Shown here piece by piece: positions 53,604 through 64,000 of a DNA stretch of 64,000 bases (positions are counted from its first letter, which is position 1; every line of letters starts with the position of its first letter). Both the position numbers and the translations under genes were made by a program. The stretch spans positions 53,252,889-53,316,888 of the forward strand of contig NC_068990.1 in assembly GCF_001194135.2 (NCBI RefSeq), in the 5' to 3' direction. This DNA is from Octopus bimaculoides. Taxonomy: Eukaryota. The notes beneath the pieces are model-generated. The model ran no database searches, had not been told where the DNA came from, and worked only from the letters and a program-made list of their open reading frames with translations.

Positions 53604-53946
53604 TGTATGTATGTATGTTTGCATGCATGTATGCATGTACGTATGTACGTATGTATGTATGAATGTATGTATGTATGTATGTATGTGTGTGTATGCATGT
53701 ATGCATGTACGTATGTACGTATGTATGTATGAATGTATGTATGTATGTATGTATGTATGTATGTATGTATGTATGTATGTATGTATGTATGTATGCATGC
53801 ATGTATGCATGTACGTATGTACGTATGTATGTATGAATGTATGTATGTATGTATGTATGTATGTATGTATGTGTGTGTGCGTGCGTGCGTGCGTGTGTTG
53901 GTCTGTGTGTTTATGTATGTATGTATGTATGTGTGTGTATATATAG

Positions 53947-53991
<45 letters not shown>

Positions 53992-54018
53992 CATATATAC
54001 ATATATATATATATATAA
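53558..54018. repeat. Compound (ATGT)n/(TA)n microsatellite with higher-order units
   Basis: Seen directly. Other large SSRs: (CA)n 11306-11366 and 54602-54685, (TA)n ~33128-33183 and 36870-36918, (ATCT)n 56030-56105, (GA)n 58016-58072, (TAC)n ~62290-62400, (AAT)n 62904-62996. Confidence 0.95.
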
Positions 54019-54599
54019 GTTCGAAAAATGCATATTGGCTTATTACCTTCATTGGGATTATTTCCAACTAAATATGGTAATCGTCCATTCGAATATCTCA
54101 TACAGAAGGCAAAAAATAAAATTACCGATACCTTGCATACTATTGCTTACAAAAGACAAATAATGGTAAGTTTATTTCCAGTAATTACAAGATATAAATG
54201 ATAGTCAATATAAACATAATGGAAAATACAGAAAAAGAAAGTGCGGCCACTGGTAATTAAGACTGGAGATGTGCCATTGTAAAAGTATAACCTCAGATAT
54301 TAGCAATATCATGTTGCCGATACGTTCCAGAAGGTCGATGTAACTAATTGTTTTCTTTAGTTCTTCCTTCTATCTCTGGGTTTGTTAACAGGGAAATGTG
54401 CCTATATTTAGGCTGTCAGAATCTCTATGTCAAGTTGTACATGCAATGATACGCTATACTTAGTTGTACTTGGCTGTATATATGTCTAGATGGACCTAAA
54501 AATCTAGGGTCATCGCTTATTGGAAGTACGTGAAACGATCCGGATTTTCTGGCCACAAATTAGGAGTTAACTTTTAACTGAGATCGAATATTACTAGGG

Positions 54600-54670
<71 letters not shown>

Positions 54671-55319
54671 ACACACACACACACAAGTAGATATGCACAC
54701 ATATAGAGTATATAATTTCTATTTTGGTTAGCGTTTGTACTCGACGTCAATACATATATAATTATACCATCATTCCGCTCCCTACCCCACTCCATCCCAC
54801 CATCAACCACAGACAGACAGAGATAACTAGCAACCTTGGCCTCCATGTTTTCTGATTTCTGAAAATATGGCAATAATTACAGCCTGATATTTGAGTCAAA
54901 GTAAATTTATCAAAATATATAAGGCAAACATTATGCATGGCTCTATGATAAAATGGTTCACTTTGCTAATAATACATGGTTTTTGGTTCGATTCCACAAT
55001 GGAAGTCCATGACCATGAGACCGGTCGATCCAAAGAGTAAGAGAAAACTCGCTCCTCACCAGATGCCGGATGACTGTAAGAGAGTGAGGGTAATTTAACC
55101 TCTGTATTTATATTTTTGTTAACTTAATTAGGTTAACCGATGGAAGCCTCGAAAGGTGTAAGAGGTCAGTTCGTTCTCATTAATATCTTAGTGCAGAAAG
55201 GCTTGTAGCGAACTCTAGTGAACTTCCTCTCTCTATTATATATACATACATACGAACGTAGCAGGTAACAGCTAACCTTTGGGCGCTGTTTTGGACCCTG
55301 TTGTGTCTACCACTCTGGT

Positions 55320-55460
55320 TGGTTGATATTGGTGCAATTTGTCTCTTACTCTATCGCACGCCAATATGCAACCCAACCAATCGCAGCCTCCAAATAAATC
55401 ACGTGAGACAGTCTGTTCTAAACTACATTTGAGCCTACCGTTAGGTATAAAAACTCACCT
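55320..55460. promoter_or_regulatory. Promoter-like cluster: CCAAT boxes, palindromic E-box and TATA-like element
   Basis: ATTGG at 55328-55332, CCAAT at 55361-55365 and 55377-55381, TCACGTGA at 55399-55406 and TATAAAA at 55446-55452, in CpG-retaining unique sequence. Confidence 0.4.
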
Positions 55461-55550
55461 TCTCCTAGTCTCGGGGTCTGTTGGTTCCAGGCCTTCTAAG
55501 GTCTAACCACTGACCACATTACAGCGACCTCTATCTTCGTCGCCACCATC

Positions 55551-55628
55551 ATGTCTCTCATCAACGTTGTCAACAACATCTCTACACAGCACCGACAATA
55601 CTGCACAGGTTCTAACATGTCGCTGTTC
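55551..55628 (+). CDS. Candidate first coding exon of an unidentified gene (MSLINVVNNISTQHRQYCTGSNMSLF)
   Basis: ATG in GCCACCATCATG context ~100 bp after TATAAAA; donor TTC|gtgagc at 55629 (phase 0). No recognisable homology. Confidence 0.2.
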
Positions 55629-56029
55629 GTGAGCTTTTCACCAGGGTTAACAGCAAACATACAACTCACGCAGATGCATGTAGATATGAATAAACATCCA
55701 TCAACAACTCCCATTTATCATTCAGCTTGTGTATATATACGTGTGGCCGGCATTAAAGACATTTAAAGTTACCACCTTGTTCCATGTATTTCTTTATACC
55801 GTGTTCCTGTAAAATGATATTACAGCTTTCTGAGTAGAGTCACATTAGATGGAATACAACATATTCATCTATAGGCTAAAATAATGGGCTAAGAAATTGT
55901 TTGTGAATTTGGAAAATGTGGATTCGCTTCCGAATCTTAGCTAAGGTATTCTGTTGCTGTCTGCTACATATATAACATACATACATACATACATACATAC
56001 ATGTGTATATGTGTGCTTGTGTGTGTGTG

Positions 56030-56106
<77 letters not shown>

Positions 56107-57162
56107 GCATATAAAAGATCCTATTTCATTATGTCGGCTATGGCCTGGTGATTCTTACCTGTAACATGTTTTATGAAATCGTACCAATAATAATAATAAT
56201 AATAATAATAACAACAACAACAAAAGTGAGTCCGTGGTCTATGCTACAGAGCTGGAGCAGAGCTGGTGTGAACAAATTACGAGGAAGAAAAGTCAGGAAA
56301 GCATGTCGATAGTGACAGTAATATCGTTGTGTTAGAATTTGAGAGGGTTAATTTCAGTGCAGTGTAGAAGTTGCAAGGGATATTAAAAGAGTAAGTAACT
56401 CCCTGGTGTAAGAGACAATTGATGTAAGAAACAAATAGATCAGGAGATGGCCACATAAACTGTTGAAAATAACTCAGTAGCATAACTGGGGGTCCATTTT
56501 TGTGTCCATGACTATTCTGATTATTCTACTTATCCTCATATTGTACTGCTCGCACACTACTCACATCAGCTCTACTGACTTTTCTCTTTTTTGACATATC
56601 AACTCGTCTATATCACTTCTTAACTTTATTCACTCATTTGTAATTTTGAAACCTAGATAACAAAGCTATTATATACAATCTCTATCCGAAGAAGAATAGA
56701 TCTCAGAAACATTACATTATTTTATTTCATGCAGTAGATTAACTCACTGAACTCTTCCACAAATTATGATATTGCTATAAATGTAGAATTTTCTTTTATC
56801 TAAGGTATAAATGTCTTCAAATACATTGAAGGTTGATAGTAGCAATGTTACCGGAGGCCGGTTTGTGCTTTTGTTCTCACTGGATCCAAATTACATATTC
56901 CATACATTTCCTTACATAGCATTAAGGTTTTTCACTATGACCAACATCACTGAGAGGTTGTCTTCTTGGAATTTATCTCAGAGATACCTTATTTCATCGG
57001 AGTGGGTCCACTCTAAAGACTATCTGTTTCTATTATGTCACTAGACTTCAATGAAGAGTTGAATCTCTTGAAGATTTTACTTCAATTAGTATAGCTTATT
57101 AATTAGGAATTTCTACAAGTATCTTAAACGGTTTTATTTTTAGTCGTTATTCATTTTAACTA

Positions 57163-57452
57163 CAGTAATCCCTCGCCATATCGCGGTTCACCTATCGTGG
57201 TTTATTATTTAAGCTTACGTCGATTCCTCCGTGGTGTTGTTTTGCATTTATAATAAAATAAATTGTAAATACAATAAAATGAATACAATACGATAAAATA
57301 AATACAATAAATAGAAACAATAAAATAAATACAAATTATAAAATAATAATATTAAAAAATATATACAGTAAAGTACTGTTTCTACTTCGCGGATTTTCAC
57401 CAATCGCGGGCAGTTTTGGAACGTAACACCCGCGATAGTCGAGGGATTATTG
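57163..57452. mobile_element. Tc1/mariner-superfamily (pogo/Tigger-type) MITE
   Basis: TIRs CAGTAATCCCTCG ... CGAGGGATTATTG with TA flanks at 57161-57162 and 57453-57454; AT-rich interior. Confidence 0.85.
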
Positions 57453-58012
57453 TATGTTGTTTATCTCTCAAATGGCTTTGAAGACTCGATTCAGCGACTC
57501 ACACATAGCTTTCGTATTAAGTTCTGATATTTTGTCAAATATTCTTTCGTGTTAGTTTTGTTTATCTAATGACAACTACTTAGAGCTAGCCATTACAAGT
57601 TGATAACTAACTTCTGATTAATATGTAATACTTTATTTAAAATTTCGACACCCATGCTTATGTTGTTGCAAACTGCCAACCTTTGTATTCTGTGGCTTGG
57701 GTGTAATACTGGACCATCATTCATTTCTTGACTTCACCCAGTTTAATTTCATAGTCTTGATTTTTTTTCAAAACGTCCTTGTCTTGTTCCGAAAAGAAGC
57801 TATTTGTGAAATACATTTTCTCTTCTGTCTCTGTAGGCTGTTTACCGATTCTGATTTACCTTTCAGACTTTCTCTTTTGATCCTGGAATATCCCACTTGT
57901 ATTCCTGGATTTTTACTCAGCTTGTTATTTTTACAATATGCAAAACAACTGTAAAACAAAAAAACTTAAGGAAGTGAATGTTTAAAATGAGACAACAGCG
58001 TGTGTGTGTGTC

Positions 58013-58079
<67 letters not shown>

Positions 58080-58285
58080 GCTGACATAGTTAAATAGACT
58101 AGTAGATAAATAAATAGATAAATAGATATATTGACTGATAGGTTAGATAGATGGGTGAATGACGGGATAGCTAAATAAATGTATAAACAGGTAAGTTGGT
58201 AGATAGATGGATAGGTAGATAGGTAAGTATTTTGGAATGGAAATAACGTATATGTATGTGAAGACAGGTAGAGAGAGGGAGAGTG

Positions 58286-58317
<32 letters not shown>

Positions 58318-59141
58318 TGATGAGAGAGGGAGACAGAAAAAGAGAAAGAATGACATAACTAAAGCAAACGAGCAATGCTTTTAATATTCTACAATAAGAC
58401 CAAATGGGAGTATTTTGTCTGTATTGTAAGAATGCGTGCGTGTGCGTGCTCGTGCGTGTCTTTACTTCAGCTCATCCCCTATATAAATATATAGAGAAAT
58501 GATGGAGGTAAGGAACAAGAAGAGAAAAACATCATAAAAATAAAAATCCATTCTAATTTGAAAATACGTTAGAGTTTCCTTGCCCTAAATTTAGGACATG
58601 TTCTAGTATAATCAAGGGGCCCATGAAAAATAAATGAAGAGATAAAAAGGGATACAGATTTAGGGAAATATTAGCTGAAAAACGTACTTTAGGTTTTTGT
58701 TTTGTTAGCGTTAACAGATATCATTTTCCCAGAAGAGTTTAAAAAATTAAATGTTAAATCAGTATCAGAGAAAAAAAAACGAAAAAAATGGTGGTGATTT
58801 GAATGTTATCTGGATGTCGTCTGCTCGGATGTAAGATTTCCCTCTGGAAACGTTTCCTTTTACTCTGCTCCACAGAGACTCTCAGTCCCATCCCAGGATT
58901 TGTAATTCTGCTATTCACACACACACACGCGCACACACACACACACGCGCGCACACACGCACACACGCACACATTCACACATCAAAAGTCCGTCCCTCCA
59001 ACTTACAATCTTAAAGTACCATTGCACTATATCAGTACTTTTCTTCTTCCTATTTTCCTTTCTTTTTTGGTCTTTTCTTTCTTTTATTCTTTGTTACTTT
59101 CTTTTCTTTCATTTACTCTTTCTCACCACACACTCCTATCC

Positions 59142-59194
<53 letters not shown>

Positions 59195-59364
59195 ATATTT
59201 TCAAAGACTCGCTTCATTTCCTATACTTCATTCTAATGGCTTTATTCCACCCGACTTCAACTTCTCTAATCCATCCTCTTTAATTTCTTCATTTTCGTGT
59301 TTTCTGTTTTTCACCCTTTTATTGTTTCTGTTTATCGTACCTCTTATTCATTCATTCACTTGGT

Positions 59365-59365
59365 C

Positions 59366-59432
<67 letters not shown>

Positions 59433-59552
59433 ATTCATTCAACTTTTCTTCATATTTTCCTTACCCATTTAACTTCTCTTTCATTGGTTTCTTCTTCTTC
59501 TTCTTCTTCTTCTTCTTCTTCTTCTTCTTCTTCTTCTTCTTCTTCTTCTTCT

Positions 59553-59584
<32 letters not shown>

Positions 59585-59725
59585 ATTCATTCAACTTTTC
59601 TTCACATTTTCCTTACCCATTTAGCTTCTCTTTCATTGGTTTCTTCTTCTTCTTCTTCTTCTTCTTCTTCTTCTTCTTCTTCTTCTTCTTCTTCTTCTTC
59701 TTCTTCTTTCTTTCTTTCTTTCTTT
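59365..59725. repeat. Tandem duplication of an ~150 bp unit with (TTC)n and (TTTC)n
   Basis: TTATTCATTCAACTTTTCTTCA(T/C)ATTTTCCTTACCCATTTA(A/G)CTTCTCTTTCATTGGT at ~59431 and ~59583, each followed by (TTC)n. Confidence 0.85.
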
Positions 59726-60849
59726 CCACCTTAACATCTTCAAGTCTCCACTCCCTCCACTATACACCAACGAACAACTTTATTACAGCTAAAGGAGTGA
59801 ACTCCACATCTGGTTAGGCCATAACTTTTAACATTAACCAGATGAGGCACCGATAGTGTGCCTCCATGCGATCACTCGACCTGCTAGAAATAGCCATCAA
59901 ATTCCTTTCAAACGATACCACACAGCTATTAAAATGTCTGGATGGTCATGGCTGGAACACTTTTGATCATAGGTTGTCTCAGTGAGATCTTATCTGAAGT
60001 AAAAACCAGCATTATCCAGAAATACCGTCCTCTACTACATAGAAAACAATCACCCAACTCTGCAAATCAGCTTCTAATCGTTGTCTTATTCTTCAAGTTT
60101 CCATCTGACCCAGTTCTTATACAACAGTAGCTAAACTATTCTTATCACAATCAACACACAAATTAAAGATCCTTAACCTTCACACGGAACCTAATTTCTT
60201 AGGAGTACAAAAAAACGCCATTTTATTTGGGAATGTTATTTACAACTTCGCACCTGTGTTAAGAGTCAGATAGATGGTAACACGCTCGATTAGCGATACA
60301 GCTGACAGGGCTGGGAGAAGAAAACGCTTGCTTCCTAACCACTTGCTTACAGGTTCGATTTCATTGCTTGGTTGACATGAAATTTTTTTGTCGAAATCGT
60401 GGTTCATTGGTTGATGGAAACTGTAATGAGGCATGTCAAAGGGAGAGTTAATTGCTAAATGGAAACTGTGTGAAAGCCTTCAAAGGGGCAGTTCATTGGG
60501 TATTCCAGCGACCTACATTTTGTTGCCATTTTTCGTGATACGTTCCCTCCTCGAGGCTATCTTAACTTCTTCAAACCGTCCGTTTCGAATCTTCTGAAAA
60601 AGGTTGCGACTACTACACTCCAACTGCTGAGGAAATATAAAAGTTGATAGTTCGAATCTGTGTTTCTGCGAAGACATTTTAAAGCCTTTGTTGGTTCTAT
60701 CAAGTACCAAGTTGTAAATAAATAGCACAGGGATGTACGTAGTGTTTCATTAATATGTACCTGTTGATCAGATTAAACTCACACACACACACACACACAC
60801 ACACATTCATGCATGATATACATACACACATATACACATTCACGCATGC

Positions 60850-62314
60850 ACAAATGAATGAAAGGCAAATTTGGCCGCGGCAGGATTTGAACTCAGAATA
60901 TAAAGGATCCCGATGAAATGCCACTAAGCATTTTGTCTGACACACCAACGATTCTGCTAGCTGGCTGCCTTTCTTCGTAAACTGCCAACATAGTTTCTCT
61001 ATAACTCTATTGATGTCGGCTGCTTAGCGTGAAGTTGTAGAACCTTTTATATTTCTAGTGAGATTTTTCTGTCTTGAAAAGCCTCAAATATGAAGCTTAT
61101 TAAATATATCTATTTTGTTTCCTAATATTCTATGGCTGGCGCCTTTTAACGAAAAAAGCTGTACTCAAAACTCCCGTTCATAACTTTTTTTTACATTAGA
61201 CATGTTATGATGTTGTAAATGTACTTGTGGCCCTTATAGAGTTCCTATTACTCTTTCTTTTATAGGAAACATTTGGTCTTTCAAAATAATTATCACGAAT
61301 AATAAATTGGATTCTCCAAGCACACACAGTTGTCGAAACCTTGCTTCGACCCGTTCAGTATGAATTTAGGATTGACTAGGTTAGCTCTATTGAGCTGTGG
61401 GTATTGTCTGTGAGGTTTCAACAAAGACATAACTAATATTGATTTCAAATTTTGGCACAAGGCCAGCAATTTTGGTGGAGGAGTGAGTCGATTACATCGA
61501 CCCCTGTGCTCGACTGGTACTTATTTTATCGATCGCGAAAAGCTGAAAGGCAAAGTCGACCTCTGCGGAATTTGAACTCAGAACGTAATGACGGACGAGA
61601 TGCCGCCAAGCATTTTACCCGGCGTGTTAACGATTCTGCCAGCTAATATCAGCTGATAAATAATTCAAACATTCATTCTTGTCTCCAGAAGTAATTTCTG
61701 GTGGGGCGAAAGAGGTTTTGATCTTGGGATGTATCGAGAAAACCAGTGACCCTGAAAACCTTAACTTCCAGTACTGGTGCTGCTGTTGTTGTCGTTGTTA
61801 CTGCTGATGTTGCTACTGTTATTGCTGCTGCTGCTATTGTATCAAATCAATATCTCTTCTTAGAATAGAAATAAATAAGAAAGATAAAAGATAAAAGTTG
61901 GAAAATGGTAATGGAGATTAGGAAGTAAAAGGAAAAAAGAAAAGAAAAGAAAAATGGAGCGAGGTTAAGAGAGTATGTAATATGAACAGAATGGGGTGCT
62001 GTTAAAAGGCCAAATTGTGGTAATCTTTAGTGAGTGGCCTCTATTTCTGTAATCTTTTCTTGATATCATTTTATCAATTGTAAGCTGTTGTAGCATGTGA
62101 AACAATGAGGGAGCCTGTACAAGTCACTTGACCTACCCAAAATAGCAACCAAATCTCCTGTAAATTACAACCCACCGTTTTAAACAATTTACTTCTAGAT
62201 ATATCTTAAGTGGCCGAATGGTCACGGCTAAACTGCCTTTGATCATAGGTCTCTATTCTATTGGGATTGACCAAGGGCTAAACAACAACAACTACTACTA
62301 CTGCTGCTGCTGCA

Positions 62315-62360
<46 letters not shown>

Positions 62361-62899
62361 TTACGACTACTACTACTACTATTATTACAACTACTTTCTA
62401 CTATAGGTATGAAAACTGAAATTTTTGGGGAGGGGTTAAGTCGATTACATTGACCCCAGTACGCAAGTGGTACTTAATTTATCAACCCCCAAAGAATAAA
62501 AGGCAAAGTCGACTTCGAAGGAATAATAATAATAATCCTTTCTACTATAGGCACAAGGCCTGAAATCTTTGGAGAGGAGACTAGTTGATTACATCGACTC
62601 CAGTGTTTCACTTGTACTTAAATTATTGACCCCGAAAGATGAAAGGCAAAATCGACCTCAGCGGAATTTGAAATCAGAACGTAAAGACAGACGAAATGCC
62701 AACTCGCTGCCATATGATTTTAAATTTTGGCACAAAGCCAGCAATTTCGACTCCAGTACTCAACTGGTATTTATTTTATCTACTTCGGAAGGATAAAAGG
62801 CAAATTCAACCTCGGCAAAATTTGAACTCGGAGTATTAGGATGGACGAAATGTCGCTAAGCATTTTGTCCGGCGTGCTAACGGTTCTGCCACCTCACCG

Positions 62900-62900
<1 letters not shown>
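60850..62900 (-). mobile_element. Cluster of minus-strand family-A SINEs, CpG-rich
   Basis: Copies at ~60850-60965, 61440-61645, 62400-62520, 62535-62710 and 62720-62900. Confidence 0.8.
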
Positions 62901-62996
<96 letters not shown>

Positions 62997-62997
62997 C

Positions 62998-64000
62998 ATG
63001 TGTATGGACGGGCTAACGATACCGTCGGAGGAGGTTATGAAACAGATAGAAGAGACGGACTATAAGTACTTGGAGATTTTGGAAATGGATAAATTGATGG
63101 AGAAAGAAATGACAGAAGTTTCTCTTCGATCTATCAGATGTGCCCTCTTTGTATTTCATTCTTGTCCGAGGAGGGGACGTATCATGAAAGGTGGAATACT
63201 TGCGCAGATTAAGATTGATCCTTAAGTCGAAATTAAACGGACGGAATAAGATCGAGACTATCAACACCTGGGAGGTTTCACTCCTTAGATATGGCGCAGG
63301 GGTAATCGCATAGACTGTAGATGAACTAAACGACTTAGACAGAAAGACAAGGAAGCTGCTAACTAGATATGGGTCACTCCACCCAAGAAGTGACACAGAC
63401 AAACTGTATGTACCAAGAAAAAGTGGTGGGGAAGAGGACTTATTGGATGTGAACACAGCATTAGAGCAAAAGAAAATAACATAGCATGTTATGTAAAAAA
63501 TGCCACAGAATCGCTATTATTAGAAGTAAGAAGGTCAGGCTTGTGTGTACGATGAAAGATTGTAAAGATAAAGCACTATACAAGAAATTGAAAACGAATG
63601 AAACTGAAAATAGGTGGGTAAAGAAAAGAATGCATGGTCAATTTCATAGAGATGTTGAAAATAAGACAGACAGAAAAAAAAAGATGGCTGTGGATGACTA
63701 AAAGTGATTTAAAACCGGAAACGGAGGCTCTAATCTGTGCTGCCCAAGAGCAAGCACTAAGAACAAACAACATAGAATACAGAATAGACAACACAGCAGA
63801 AAGTGATAAGCGCAGAATCTGTGGACAAAACGGTGAAACCGTATGACATATTACCAGCCAATGTACACCACTAGCCTAGAAGGAATATAAGAGACGCCAC
63901 GACAATATAGCCAGGCTTGTTCATTGGACACTTTGCAACAAGTATGGACTTAACAGGGTAAAAATTTGGTACGACCACAAACCTGAAGGCATCATCGAAA
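62998..64000 (+). mobile_element. 5'-truncated R4/Dong-clade RLE LINE running off the window end
   Basis: YKYLEILEMD, ILKSKLNGRNKIETINTW..SLLRYGAG, LHPRSDTDKLYVPRKSGG, LKPETEALICAAQEQALRTN, RICGQNGETV.HITSQC and YKRRHDNIARLVHW. It begins right after (AAT)n. Confidence 0.9.

Noticed and set aside
53403-54163. ORFs with YIHT/MYVC repeats (also HT, IY, CV, SL, poly-I/N/Y ORFs elsewhere)
   Set aside because: These are translations of microsatellites that lack stop codons.
57860-57948. 89-nt minus-strand exon-like cassette (CFAYCKNNKLSKNPGIQVGYSRIKRESLK)
   Set aside because: An equally good + strand acceptor lies in the same segment, and there is no homology or compatible neighbouring exon. It cannot be distinguished from chance.

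Overview
AT-rich, microsatellite-dense eukaryotic genomic DNA with four N-gaps. The repeat families and the protein suggest an octopod cephalopod such as Octopus (inference; no search run). The only confidently supported protein-coding gene is the 3' part of a myocardin-related transcription factor (MRTF/MKL, + strand). It has a ~2.5 kb exon encoding the basic B1 box, Q-rich region, SAP domain, coiled coil and an unusual S-P nonapeptide array, then a 172-nt exon and a terminal exon with stop at 16730. The RPEL exons were not found and probably lie upstream of the window. The rest is intronic or intergenic DNA full of degenerate mobile elements: mariner, maT, pogo and Tigger-type elements, piggyBac-type MITEs, a Penelope-like GIY-YIG remnant, RTE LINEs, several tRNA-derived SINE families, R4/Dong-type restriction-like-endonuclease (RLE) LINEs sitting in microsatellites, and a ~2.6 kb CRE-clade retrotransposon remnant. 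There is also an ~830 bp foldback element carrying telomeric hexamers and two CArG boxes. CpG is visibly depleted over ~1-44.7 kb and retained over ~45.4-64 kb. A promoter-like motif cluster lies near 55.4 kb, and scattered splice signals hint at an unannotated minus-strand transcript. There are no CRISPR arrays, rRNA genes, bona fide tRNA genes or prokaryotic operons. I found no clearly new multi-gene system. The best leads are the microsatellite-targeting retroelements, the telomeric foldback, the CRE element and the MRTF S-P array.
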